Below, piece by piece: positions 1 through 12,999 of a DNA stretch of 64,000 bases. The stretch lies in contig OU015566.1 in the NCBI GenBank assembly GCA_907165135.1, positions 13,082,001 through 13,146,000 on the forward strand, written 5' to 3'. Positions within the stretch are counted from its first letter, which is position 1. Every line of letters begins with the position of its first letter. Under the pieces are notes generated by a model. The model searched no databases, was not told the DNA's origin, and saw nothing but the letters and a program-made list of their open reading frames with translations. Source of the stretch: Oikopleura dioica (Eukaryota > Animalia > Chordata). Both the position numbers and the translations under genes were made by a program.

Positions 1-425
1 CTCGGTTTTGATATTTTCTTCCTTGATTTCTTCAATCAAGGAGAAGAGAAGTTTCATTATTGTGAACTTTTTGATCGAGTATGGGAGCGTGCTTTGGCAC
101 TCATACTTGGACACGAAGCAGAACAATTCGGCAGGGAAATCGTCCTCGACGAGAGGGCGGCTGGTGTGGCCCGTAAACCGGGCTTGATAGAAGTCAAACA
201 GTCGGAAATGAAATCGTCTCCGGTCCAGTCAGGCAGCGTGACTTGGTCCGTGATAAAGCCTCCGACGCTAGAAGCAGATGAGCGGGCGGTGATGACGGGA
301 GATTGAGCAGCTCGACGAGAGCGCTTGCGAGAATCTCGGGAGTTGGAGGAGGTGGTTGAGCCAGTGGAGATTCGGTGAACGGGGTCGCTTTCAGAGGAAA
401 AACCAGTTGATTGAGAGCGGCTCAG
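1..425 (-). CDS. Possible coding exon(s) of an unidentified gene running off the left edge
   Basis: One minus-strand frame is open from about 215 to position 1 (FHFRLFDFYQARFTGHTSRPLVEDDFPAELFCF...EEIKEENIKTE); an upstream Ser-rich open stretch lies in another frame. No recognisable homology. Confidence 0.3.
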
Positions 426-2141
426 AACTAAAAAATACTGTAAAGGAGAGCGCCATGAAGGCTGAAATTGAAACCTGAGAGCATAGAGGAGCTAAATACA
501 TCTTTTATCGACAATCGCTTGGAACCTCTTCTAGAGCTGCGTGGGCGACAAGCAGGTGCAAGTTCTGAGGCCAGAGATTGACTATCTTCAGCGACTAAAA
601 TTATGAGAAGGATCAAAAAAGTCAATAATCTATTTTTTTACATTTCGAGTAGCCAGTAAGATGAATATTTCTCTGATGGGGGAGTTCATGGATCATCGCC
701 ATTTTCGAGTCTTGAATTGGATACGATTTTCGCCTCGCCTTTATCCAGTGCCCCTTCATTTTTCTCAACCCCTCTTTTCTCAGAAAAAAAAGTTCAATGT
801 CTAACGATTATTTCACCTCGAACGCTTGCGCTACTAAAAAATTTAAATTTTTCTTTTTGTTGATTCATTCGGCTCAGCCGAAATCCTCTTTGGTGTTGAA
901 TAAACCATTTTCGTTTTGTCTGGACGTGAGAGCGTGAGCTCAGAGCGTGGTTTAATTTTTACGAGTTATCAGAGCGCGATTAATTATTGCCAAAAAAAAG
1001 ACGTTTTGGAATATTCTGATTTTCAATAGAAAATCATGGCTAAGTGTTTTGGGTGCCGAAGGGACTCTATAATTGGGGAAATACCGACTTCGGCGAAGAA
1101 AGTCACGCTGATTTAGTCAAAACGAAGGTCTTGCTTCTCAAAATAATTTAGAAATTTTAGCTCTAGGGGACTCCTTAGTTGGGTTTATAGTATCCTTCCT
1201 GTAGTAGCTTCGTTTTTCTTCTTGCGTGCGAAACGTATCGATGCTCTCTTCCCCGTATCAGCTCCGGTCTCTCTTGAAAAAGGGATCTTGAGCTACTAGC
1301 TAAGCCTCAAAACTGCTGAATAAATCACACTGGAGTGTCTTGGAGTTTTTTCTTTTCGCTAAAACTCATGAAAAATTTAGCGGGCTTAGTTCGAAGTCTC
1401 TCCGGGAGCGCTCACTGCCTCTCGAGCTTTCAGGTGCTCCTTTGTTCTTTTCAATTTGAGTCTCAAACAACCATAAATTACCGAAAAAACTATGACGTAA
1501 TCACTCAACGGGAAACGGAATTTTTACGCGGTGGGAAGATTTATGTGACAGCAAAATAACAAAATTGTCTTTGAACACATTCAACAGAAGGGGGTTTACC
1601 AAGACTATCTTAGACGGTATGTCCGACAAGATCCCTGTTTTGAACAAACCAAGAATCGTTCTTTCCTCCAAAGCAATTTTTCCAGTTGATAAAACAAAAA
1701 TGCAGTCCTTGTGATTCAAGAAACAGCCAGCAGTTCAAGCAAAGTATTTCTCTCTTGTTTTTTTTTCAGATATTCTGAAGCTCGATTGTCGGGAGTTGAG
1801 ATCAACAAGGAGAACGAAAAAAAAGTAAAAGTAAAAATTAAAAGCGAAAGTAAAAGATAGCTCCACCGGTATCGGCGGGTTGCTTTGAGCGGAAATGATT
1901 TGGCGAGTGATGATAAAAAGTCGGATTACCCGCAAAACGGACCGGTAATGCGCGTGGTGGCGCCCCCGCTATAAACCGCAAATTTCAATTTCAAGCTGCT
2001 GAACTCTGTAAAAATCTGCTGATTTGACGTCTAAAATGCATCTTTCATTACAAAGCTCAATAGACCATTCGATTCTAGACCGTCAGTTAGAATTATTTAT
2101 TCTATCAAAAAACCCATCAAATAAAGAGCAAAATTTTAAAA

Positions 2142-2827
2142 ATGATTCTTCTGTACCTCTTTTTGACCAACTTTGCCTTTGGAAAACTAAGTCTCCAAGG
2201 AACGGAAGTGCCCTTATTTTGCCCTATCCTCATCCTCTATCTTGCATTTCCTTCTAAAGATCGCAACAAAAATCCATGCGTCGTATCGCTCAGGTCGGAG
2301 AGCGAAGTCCTTTTCGAAAAATCCTGCGAAATCAAAGCTGGGGACGTGGCGAATTTCTTCATCGACGAAATGGCAGTTGCTGATGCTGAGAAAATCAAAG
2401 AAGTAAAACTGCGATCGGATTTCCTCAACTCCATTTTGTTTCAAGCGCCGATAAAGCAAATCAACCTGGAGAATAAAGAAAACTTACAGGAAAACGCCGC
2501 ATAGATATCTTTTTCAAGAAAATATCTAGTTGATGCGAGTTCTGAAAAGATTCGAATAAGCAAGGGTTACGCACCAATCTCCGATTTTTATGCTTCCTAC
2601 GATAACATGTACGATGCTGACTTAGACGCCGGGAAGAAGGAATTTGAAGACTGGGAATACAACACTGGGAAAACAGTAGCTAACGTCTCAATTTGGGCTT
2701 CAAGGTAACAAAGGAATCTTTCAATAATCAGTTTGTTTTTAGGACAATTATTGTCGTCATTCTAGTTTTCGTTATCCTTCTGATGTATGCTTTGTCAAAG
2801 CTCTTCAATTTCAGTAAGTTTGACTGA
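2142..2827 (+). CDS. Hypothetical single-pass (type I) membrane protein, multi-exon
   Basis: N-terminal hydrophobic signal (MILLYLFLTNFAFG). A further open exon lies at ~2520-2703. A GT-AG intron (~2704-2741) joins it to a TM exon RTIIVVILVFVILLMYALSKLFNFSKFD*. TATAAA at ~1969. Confidence 0.55.
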
Positions 2828-3051
2828 TCATTCCAATAATCGAGAATTTTAAGTGAACGAAAAAGGACCTGGATACTCGCCAATCTAGCTCTTGCTTTTG
2901 TGTTTAAAAAAATAAACATTTATTAAAAAAAATTAAACAGCAGATGAAGGTCTCGCTTTCTTCTTTTTCTTTCTAGTCTTTCTTGGTTTCGAAGGAGTCG
3001 CTCTTTCTTCCTCATTTTGTGGTGGATCCTCTGGGTCTGAAATGAAAGTTC

Positions 3052-6000
3052 TTATGAGTCCTGTTTTTCAAAAGTACCTTGAAAAGCGACTCTGGCCATA
3101 GGAGCAGTTTCAACGTATCCTAACTTGTTTGATTTCATCACCATCGTTGGCCGATACGCCCTTGAAATGCTCGACTCTTCGGGTTCATCATTCTCCGCTG
3201 AAGAGTTTTCATCGCTTGCTGCGGAGATATTGAATTGTATGTCTTGATTCGCTTCGTCGAGTCCTTCAGACGGTCGATAAGTTCTTTTTTCATCCTCAGC
3301 TGAGAACTTTATCTTCCGCTTCTTTTGTATATCTTTTTATTGGTTTGTTTTTGTGTTGATATAAGTCTAATTATTTGATATAAAAGAAAATTACCATACT
3401 TATCCGTGATATGGAGAAAATTACTATTTTTGATGTCTTTGCACAAACCAATGCCTGAATCTTCTTCAGAAGAAGCCCGTTTTGCCGGTACCATAATGGT
3501 CGGTCTATATTTTCTACTCAAACCGCTCTTCTTCTTTTTCTCTTTCGTCTGGGAGTCCTCGAACTTGACAGTTTTATCAGCCGAATCATCGTCTGAAGAA
3601 GATTCCATCTTTGGCTTGACCATCATCGTCGCTCGGTAATTATTGAACTTTTTTGAGGAAGAAAATTGAACCGTTTTTGAGGGATCTTCCTCGGCTTCCG
3701 AAGAGGTCCGGTTAGACTTGATGATTTTTGTTGCTCGATAGTTTTTGAAGCTGCCATTGCTTTGGATTGGAGGTAACTCGGATTTACTTTCGACTTTAGT
3801 CGGGCGGTATGACCCGAAAGGACTTTTCACGGATAAATCATTGTTTTAATCACTTGGAATCGCGAAGATCAACCGTTTCCTTACGGGCTCATCTTCTTCC
3901 TCACGACCTTTGACAACAACAGTCGGTCGATAAGCAGTGGAAAGGCCCTTTTGGGCTCCAACAAACATAACTCTATCTTTTTGTATTCCACTGTCGCTAT
4001 CTTCTTGCAAGAACCCGCCATTTCGAAATCCAATTTTCGGGAGATCATCCATTTCATCTTCGATTTTCTGGAAAAAAAAGATTGCCAACAAGCTTGATTT
4101 GAGAGGATACCTGAACATTGAAGGAAGCAAACGGATCCATTCCATCATCAAACATGGACTGCTCAGTCATTGTCGTCATCGCATAATCACGATTTCCGTC
4201 ATCGTCATCGTCGAAATTCGAGTTTGCGAGAATCTGCGCTCTGTCAGCTTCAACTCTTTTGATCTTTTCTCGCTCCTTTTGCACATCGATTTGAGCTAGA
4301 ATTTATTATTTCTAGGTAATTCTCAAAATATCTCACAAATAACATGATAGAGAGCAGAGAGACGATTCCAGAGCATCGCAATAAACTGAGTTGATGTCAA
4401 AATGATGTAAAAAATAAGAAAGAACATCGTAAATGGCTGGAGACTAAGAACAATCGGCTCGGTTTCTTCGTTGTCTCCAGTGCTATTGAAATTGGAGTGA
4501 GACAGAAAACCAGTTAAATCCGTTTCTTTCGTGCATTTTCCTTCCAATCCGGGCATGTCTTCGAGTATGATATCGATGCTCAATAAATCTTCGCTATATT
4601 TGATTACCAAGACAGACACTGTCATCCAGAGAAGATTTGCGAAAATATAAAGAAGATACATTTTTCGCTTGAAACCAGTTAGTTCTTCCGCCAGAACGAG
4701 TTCTTGTTCTTTCACTCGTTTCTCGAAACGACCCTAAATAAACAATATCAAAACTGCCTCAGAATTATTTCGTATTTTAACCTTTGTCCTGATACCAATA
4801 TGACCAGTATCAGCATCTGCCATCTCCTGCCAAAATTGATATTCAGGATTCGAGAGGGAGTAGACTTTGCAGCCAGAAGATAAATTAATCGTGTCATCAA
4901 GAAACCAAGAGAAGTACTTCGAATCGCGATTTAGAAATTGCTCCCTTTCAAGAACATGCTCAAATTGAAGTGGAGTCCAATCTTCAGGAATCGGCTGGTA
5001 CTTCTTCGTCCGAGGATTCGACAGATACATGTAAATATATTCTTCTTCGACTCGGCGAAGTTTCTTGATCTTGAAGCCGCCAAAAAGCCGCTCTGGAGTG
5101 ATAAACTGCTCATTGAAGCCAGTAACAACAATCGCCTCAGTTCCGGAATCGCCGTCTTCATCCCCGCTGGCAGCTGCGATGACCGTTTTTCTCGGCCCAT
5201 CTTGAACATTTCGAAATAAATCTTCATCCGCGACTGTTGGTTGTTCAACAACTGTTGTTTTCTTTTTGGTCTTTTTCTTGTCATCAGCAGATCTTGTTGG
5301 TTTTACTTGGTGATTTGGAGGAAGGCAAATAACGCAAGTACAGTACCGGAAGCAGCCCTTTCCGAGACATCTTCCAAGACAACCTGCATCCTCCTCTTCA
5401 TCTTCGTTCTCCCCATCTTCTTTTTCTTTCGCGGTTTTCTTGAGTTGTCGAGTTCCCCAAGAAACATCGTCAAGATTCGCTGAATTTAGGGTTAGGGTTA
5501 GGGTTAGGGTTAGAGTTAGGGTTATTACCAATTGAATAAAGTTGTAAGAAAATGAAGCAAGATGGAATGAACAAAAAGTAAACAACTCCGCAAATCAAGC
5601 TCTTGAAATCAAAATGCAAAATTCCAGCTAAAACTTTCAGCGCAATCAAAATCAGGAAGAATAAAAACGAGGGATTGAGTGGACATTGGATTCCAGTAAT
5701 GAGCATGCCAATCAACACCGCCGCCATGATAAATGCGTATCCCATCGAAAACCAGAAGGCCAAAGAAAGCTGTAGCTCAGAATTGTCTGATAAAAAGCAA
5801 ATAATGGCAAAGAGAGCGGCCGGGACGATAACGATCAAATAGCACGGAAGTCGCGATAAGTTTTGGCTAAATAAAGTAGTCAGATATTTTCAAAAATCCG
5901 GAAGCTTCTAAATCTTCAAAATCATTCTGAAAAAAGCTTGTACTTACAAAGCTCCAAGATTTAGTCCCTCCGCGACGAGAGTCAGCGTTGTTGAAAGAGC

Positions 6001-8796
6001 GATTATGCTAAAGACGAGGATCAAAAGTTGGTAAGTGATGTAAAGAAGGGAGATGTATTGGTTTGATCGGCGGATTTCGTAGCTCTGTTGAATTAAATTC
6101 CAGATGTTGGCAGTTGTTGAGGGGCCCCATCTACGTCGCTGTTTGTAGAAGGTTTCGAGGTCTTCTGGGGCAAAGGTGTTACAACTCGCTGCAGATTCGT
6201 ATTCAATTCTTCCACCAGCAAGCAGAATCAAAGTACAGAGCCACCTATCTTCTCCCTGATCGAACTGAAGCTTCTCCATTGGCGACTCAGCGTAAGACTT
6301 GTACTTGGCCATTACATTCGGTTTTGCTAGAAAACTCATTCTATAAAGCGAGAAACAACCTGGCGAGCAAAGGACACAACCAAGAACATGCTCGGCCGAT
6401 TTCATCAGCCAATGACCAACAGCATATTCAAATCGCTGGTACCAAATTAGCCAGGAAGATCCAACTGGGACAATTCGGCCGCAACAAGCAGCTACATCAT
6501 CGTTTCTCAGAAGTCGATTCAGGCAAAGCTCGACTGAAGAGGGATGAAAATCAACGTCGCCATCGAGAGTTAGAATGAAAGACTTGTCTTTTACAAAAGG
6601 AGCATTGTTTTTCTCAGCTCGGCAAGTGTCGATCTTCCAGCCGATCAAGTAGTACAAGTACATGACTTGACTCCATCTTTTTCCAGCCTTAACTTTCGTC
6701 GCGTCTTTCAAATGAATTACCAATTGAATGCCGAGGATTTCATACTCTATTCTTCCACCATATGGAGTAACAATAACAGTTCCTTTCTTCAAAAAATCTT
6801 CCATTTGAAACAACCTCAGCGCTTTCGTCACAGCTCTGATGAAAGAATTGACAAATTCATTCAAAACGACCTTTTCTTCGACCGTTTCAAAAACATTGTC
6901 GAAAAATACATGAATTTCCATGTCGTAAGAATCCGCTGTGTCTTTTTTCGCCGCATGATCTCTTATCAAGCGAACGAGAGAGGTCGCTAATTGGTACATT
7001 TCCTCAAAGGTCTCGTGCCAAAGTGTCGTGCAGACGAAAATCATCGGCTTTGTCTGGCCAGTCTTCCAAATTGCAGTTTTTCGGTTGTCGATTTTGATCT
7101 TTGGTTTTCCCGCGTTCCATGTTTTGGCTGCTTGTCTCCTGTTAAAAAAATTGTAAACACTCGTGTGGACAGGGCGATACGACGGAGACAAGAAAAGATT
7201 ACGCTCAAACTCATACGGTAAAGACTTGTTAACCCAAGCGAAGGGACATCTTGTCCGGATCAACAACAGTGCCCCTAGTAAAGCCAGTAGCTGAGTTAAA
7301 TACGAAGAGTACAGCATATCGATCGGATTGCAATCGTAATAAGGCCATTTTTCTCGAAGCCAGCTTCAAAAGAGGTGTATAATTACCGTTGTCTTGAATA
7401 AAAAGAATGTTTAACATGACAATTATTCTAAAAAAAATTGTTCAAGATTGAATATCAAATATCAAATATGCCATAAAATTTATGGCTGAAAAAATGCTTT
7501 AATCGACCATTTCCTTGTTGTATTCTCATATTTAGAATCATTATTGTGTTGTATGTAACACGCTTGAGAGGCCTCTTCATCGCGGGCAGTGTATTTGTTG
7601 AAGTAACTCAGGTCCATCAGGAAACAAATAAGGACCGCTGCGATAGATCCAACAAGCTTGGGAACCGTGAAACCAAAAGTCTGCAGTTTCAGTCGAACGC
7701 CAGTTTTCCCCAAATAAGCTGAAATGGCGCTGCAAAGCGGCCAAAGAATAATGAAAGAAGAAAAACTCGAGTCAAGGTTTTCCATCGAAGTTAGAATCGA
7801 CCCTCCATAGGAAACAACGACAGAAGAATAGATCGTAAAAGTCAGTAGAATCTTCATAACAGCGATTGGAAAATGACTGATGATTACATGATAGTTCGCT
7901 CCAGTTGTGACATTGTCTTCGTTGACAAAAACCTCCCTGGTGATGAATTTTCCTACGACGGGCAGCTTTTCCACGACAGGAATATTTCCAAATGCAAGCG
8001 CAAGTAAATAAACTATCAAAAGACTAGTTACAGCTCCCAGATTTGAATCGGGACGGACGTCAACTCCCAGCGGAACTGTAATGGAGTAGAAAGCCAGGGC
8101 CGCGCTGGGCAGAGCAAGTGAGATAATCGTCCAGATTTTCTGGCTGAGGGTTTTGGACCTGAAGCTGAACAATTTTGGAAGCGTCAGTGCGAAAATTGGA
8201 AACAAGAAGGAGTTCCCACTGATGAGGGCGTTTGTTGTTTTTGATAAATAAGGCGCGACGCAATATACAAAAGTTGTCATAAAAATATGGTTCAGAATAT
8301 CTGGTAGACCAATCGTCAACAACAACTGCCACCTTGGCCAGGTTTTTCTTCTATACAAAATGAAATAAGTCGAGTAAACTATCGTGAAAAAATCCGGAAT
8401 GAGGAGTCCCCAAAACGCCAGATTCGCCTTTTGAGAGTACAAAAGTAAACTTGTTGCTTCATTTTCCGCTTTTTGGAAGGACGGATGGAGATGATAAACG
8501 ACAACGGAAAATGATACTGCTGATAGGATTTCAAAAAAGGAGTTTGTTATCAAGAATAGGAAGCCAAATACGCGGCGGAGCCAAATGTTCACGTGGAATT
8601 TTGTGGCAGTGGGGAGCTTTTCCACCTTTGGTTGGACTTTTGCTCGATCCCAGGGCTATTTACAAGGAGTTTTCTTACTGTAATTTTGAGGATCTCTTAC
8701 CTGAACATATTCAATCGACTCGTCATCATGTTCCTCCGCTCCTTTATCTTTCAACAAGTCCTTATCTTGCGCTTCATTGAACTGAACCTTCTTCAT
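3052..8796 (-). CDS. CHS: Chitin synthase (GT2), multi-exon; the 3' end may extend to ~2935 through one more exon
   Basis: N-terminal PWD motif after splicing (IEYVQ|PWDR) and a multi-TM N-domain (7480-8625). The catalytic exon 5944-7317 carries TLDGDVDF, QRFEYAVGHW, CSPGCFSLYR, GEDRWLCTL and QRRRW. SWGTR follows the TM helices, then a C-terminal TM block and coiled coil. Confidence 0.95.
5486..5524 (+). repeat. Interstitial telomeric repeat (TTAGGG)x6.5 filling a 49-nt chitin synthase intron (5480-5528)
   Basis: ttaggg x4, ttagag, ttaggg, tta read directly. Splicing GT(5528)..AG(5480) on the minus strand restores LYSI-ANLDDVSWGTR. Confidence 0.9.
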
Positions 8797-9244
8797 GTTT
8801 TCTGTTACTACAGTCTCTCTCTATCAAGGATGCTACAGGTACTGCCCCCTGCAGCCTCAGTGGTAAATCTCTGCTGTCGTTTTCATTGCTCTTGAAAATG
8901 AAAGTTGGCGCATTCGGAATTTATGATCGGCCCGAGTAACGACAAACAGTAAGCAAGTGATCGCCACCGCAAACATGCTCTTACTGGTACCTCCAGCCTT
9001 AGTTACCAATAAAAAGCAACTCCCTCTTTTGGTGCAATTCAACAAACAAGTAAACAAGTCCTTTATTTTCTATCATCATCTTCTGATTAAAAATAAACAA
9101 TGGCGATTTTTATGCATGTATCTGTTTTATTCCGTTATTTTGAGTGGAATTTAAATTGTAAGCTATCATGTATTGGGTTCAGAAAAATATTTTTTTGAAT
9201 GAAGCAAAAATCAGAATTCAATGAATTCAATTGAAATTCTAAAT

Positions 9245-10833
9245 TTATTTATCCGCCTTCGCTGATTGAATCTTCTCCAGCGTCGTCATCGCAGTTGCTA
9301 CCGTGCTGGGAATGTTTCCGACATCAGCAGGAAGAATCAATCTAGATAGGTTTTATTTGTCAGTCTTAGAGAATTTAAACAATCTTTTGCGTAAATAATT
9401 ATGAAAATTGGGCAATTTATTTTCAAAAAGAAGCTTTCTAAACTGAGAATAATCAGCGACGATCTGAATTTTGAAAACTCAGATGTTTGCTTCTAAACTG
9501 AGAATATATTCTACAATATCGCCATTTCATCAAGATAAATATGAATAGAAAGTAGAAAAGATTCTCGATTACGGTCCGAATCGGATCATCCGATGGATGT
9601 GTCAGTAGGATAAACTCACGTGTTTCCTTCCTGGGCCAATTCACTAAAAGCATCAATATACTGGGCAGCCAAGTCATAATCAGCCGCTTGTCTTCCATTC
9701 TCCGCAGCGAGTCTTTCCGCCACCACTTCAATCGCCTTCGCCTTTGCTTCAGCCCTCAAGATCGCCGCCTGTCTTTCACCCTCAGCTTCGTTTATCAATT
9801 CCATGCGCTGCGCTTCAGACTGGAGGATTCGCGCCTGTCGCTGACCTTCTGCCTCGTTGATTGCAGATTCGCGGACACCCTCAGATCGCAAGATTTCAGC
9901 TCTTTTTGTTCGCTCTGCTTCTACTTGGCGCTGCATTGCTTGACGGATTTCACTAGGGATCTGAACGCGTTGAATTTTAAACTCGTAACACTTGGATAAC
10001 AGATGTAATTGGCATCTGATACAACCCATAATTGGGCAAATTGGTATTTTTATCTATGTACCTCAATATCTTTAATTTCGTATCGGAGGGCAGACATTCC
10101 CCAATCAAGTGACGCTTCATTTATGGACGAGCAAATTCTACTATTCAATTCTTCCCTTTCGGAAAACAGACCATCAAGAGTAAGCTTTCCAATCTCCGAT
10201 CTCATCGTTGTCTTCGTTGTTTCCGAAATAAGATAAATCACCAGACGGATAAAATTTACCTGGGCTAATTGTTTAATTGCGAATTCAGAGTCGTCCACTC
10301 CATAGGACGCTTTTTCAGCGTCTTTAATTTTAATGTACAAAACTCCGTCGATATCAATTGTAACATTATCCTTTGTAATTGCTTTCTGGTTGTCTTTAAA
10401 CGTACTCAACTAACTTTTGTCTATTTTTTCATTTCCCGTAGGAAAATAAGAAAAATAATCATAAAAATCTTAAAATAAATTCGGGAGATTATCTACTTTG
10501 CCATAATAATTCACGCAAAATCTTACTAATATCTTATTTAAAATCAACTCATTATCCACGTAAAAATTTTATCCATCTCGAGATTGAGCACTTCCCTACG
10601 GTAATTACGAGTTCTTTTAAAACTTGTACATAAGCAACCCGCTCGATCAGGGGTACTTTAAACATAGGTCCTCCAGGACTCGATCGAGCGAACTTGCCGA
10701 AGCGCTCGATGACGTAGATCTCTTGCTGGGGGACGAAGTTGACGGGGAACGCGACGCGGGAGAACCATGATAGGGTTTTGGAAGCGTTGTGACGTTTGAG
10801 GCATCTTTGCACGGCACGATTAGACGATAACAT
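9245..10833 (-). CDS. STOML2: Stomatin-like protein 2 (SPFH/band 7 domain, mitochondrial type)
   Basis: FVPQQEIYVIERFGKF, AITKDNVTIDIDGVLY, SYGVDDSEFAIKQLAQ|TTMRSEIGKLTLD, LRYEIKDI, AMQRQVEAERTKRAEILRSEG, last exon LILPADVGN...KADK*. The N-terminus is Arg/Ser-rich, like a presequence. Confidence 0.93.
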
Positions 10834-11216
10834 GCTAAAAAGAGTACAAAAAAGTAAGATCAGAGTCTTCGATAGGGAAAATGGAGATCTGTATTTTAAG
10901 GTCTGTTGCTTTAGCAGATTCATATCGATATGTTTATCAATTTCTTTTATCCTGTACTACTTGTTATTTGATCATGGTCAAACGGGTTCAATATAACTAC
11001 ATTTGAAGTCCTTTCTAGTCACTTATTCATGATAAGTACTCGGAGGACTTTGCAGTCTTCGAGCTTAAAACCATATCCAACGATAAAGTTGATCCAACCA
11101 TGAATATCATATTCGCTGATAGAGAGACAAATTGTACAGATAGGCTTTATTGAATATTTCAGTAGCAGAACTTTGAAAAACACAAAATATTATCAATATT
11201 AATAAATTATTAATCG

Positions 11217-12672
11217 TCAAACGCGTTGCATATGATTTTGCTCAGGCACTTGAGAAATCTGAACTGGCAGTTTTAAAGAAGAAACTTTCTGGGTGATCGG
11301 GGTCTTTGGGAGCGGCGCATTAGGAGCAAAGTTCTCTTTGCTGGCTTGATTTGGTTTCGACGTCGATAGATGCTCTAGAACGTTGGGAGCGTATTTGGTG
11401 ATAAAAGCGCTGCGGGAGATGCCAAGAGCGGAGGCACGGCAGTAATCGTAAGTGATGATGGATTTGATGAGATCTTTTGCTTCCGTGGACAAAAGTGAGG
11501 GAAGATCGAAGCTCAAGTTCTGGATCTTCTTCCGCGTTGAAGTGAGGGAGGTGTATTTGAACGGTGGTCGGCCGACTTAATTGAAGTAAAAATTGATTGA
11601 AATTGACTAAGAATCCTTACCGAGCATGCAGAAAAGCACACAACCCGCGGCCCAAATATCCGAGGTGGGAAAGTGCTGTCGTTGTTGAAAAACTTCTGGA
11701 GCGAGGAAATTCGGCGTGCCACAGATGCAAATTTGCTTTGTCTTGTTTGTGTCGATAGCTAGTCCGAAGTCGGCTACTTTGGCGCATCCGTCTTTTAGGA
11801 GAATATTGCCGAGTTTGATGTCGCGATGGAGAATGCCGTGAGAGTGGAGATATGAAAGCGCGGATATAACCTGGCTTTAGATGGTTTTCTATGATGCGGT
11901 CTTGTGGACAATTATGAGATTATTATTTCAAAAACTGTTTTGTTGTTTATGGAACTTATCGTAATAACAGTCATACTTCTAATTTAATAAAAATTGAATT
12001 TCCCAATTTATCTACAGACTGCCTCTCGTGGAGGTTTTTCTGTAAGATACAGTCTGAAAATTCAGTAGAAAAAAATCCTTTCTCATGAAAACCAATTTCT
12101 AAATATCTCTGCAGATCGCCTTTCGTTCAGAGTTTTCGTCGGTTGATTCTGATTATGAGTTTCCAAAAAGTCGAATCTGTTAAAATTCTGTATTTATCCA
12201 TAACTTCAAAACTCGATTTCCTTTATGAGATCTCCCAGTGTCATTTCATTGCAGTACTCCAGAACCAAACAGATCTTCTCTTCATCCCTAAAGCTCGCTA
12301 AGATCTTGACAATATTTGGATGTTTCAATCGTCGCTGGATGATGATTTCTTCGTCGATTCGTACGACTTGTTCTTGTTTTTCCACCCTCTTTCTTGGGAC
12401 GATTTTCAAAGCGACTTTTCTGGAGTTTTCTTTCTTTCCATGCTCCGGGGTTGATTTGGAGTACTGAAGGGCCGAGTAGACTTCGGAAAAGCCGCCCTTC
12501 CCAAGCTTTTTTCCTAGATGAGGGTTAACTTAAGGCTGTAGCGGTCGATAAAGAGTGATTTTGGAGAGAGAGGGGGGTGTAGCTTACCGATTTTGTAGTA
12601 AGAATCAGTATGAGGGTTGAAGAAGTCATCCCTCAAGTTGACTTTATCCATCATTTCGCTTATACAGCCCAT
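11217..12672 (-). CDS. Polo-like family Ser/Thr protein kinase (3' end uncertain)
   Basis: LGKGGFSEVY, VALKIV, HPNIV, LVLEYC, HRDIKLGNILL (the PLK-type LGN signature), DFGLA, ICGTPNFLAPE, DIWAAGC. Confidence 0.85.
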
Positions 12673-12705
12673 TTTCTCTACTCTTCTCTAGGTCGTTTTT
12701 TCTCT

Positions 12706-12999
12706 CTAGTTTGAGTTGGAGACTTCCAGACTTGAGTGTACCCAATTCTCGATTATTCGAAACTTCAAATTATCGAAATTTGCGTATTCGTCAATTTCCG
12801 TGATTTCTGGATTTCTTCTTCGTAATAATTGATTTCTCGTTGTATCAAGTAACTTTTCTTCGATTCGGGAAGAGTACCCATTTGCGCCGTGAGTTATTTG
12901 CTTCCGTAGCCGAGCCATATTTCGATCCTGAGTTAGACCAAGTGATGTCTGAAAAGCACCACGTGACCCGTTGTTTTTGCGAGTCTCGATAGTTGCCAT
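12706..12999 (-). CDS. 97-aa ORF of unknown function immediately upstream of the kinase
   Basis: ATG-initiated uninterrupted ORF ending 34 nt before the kinase ATG on the same strand; no homology recognised. Confidence 0.3.
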   Translation of the reverse strand: MATIETRKNNGSRGAFQTSLGLTQDRNMARLRKQITHGANGYSSRIEEKLLDTTRNQLLRRRNPEITEIDEYANFDNLKFRIIENWVHSSLEVSNSN

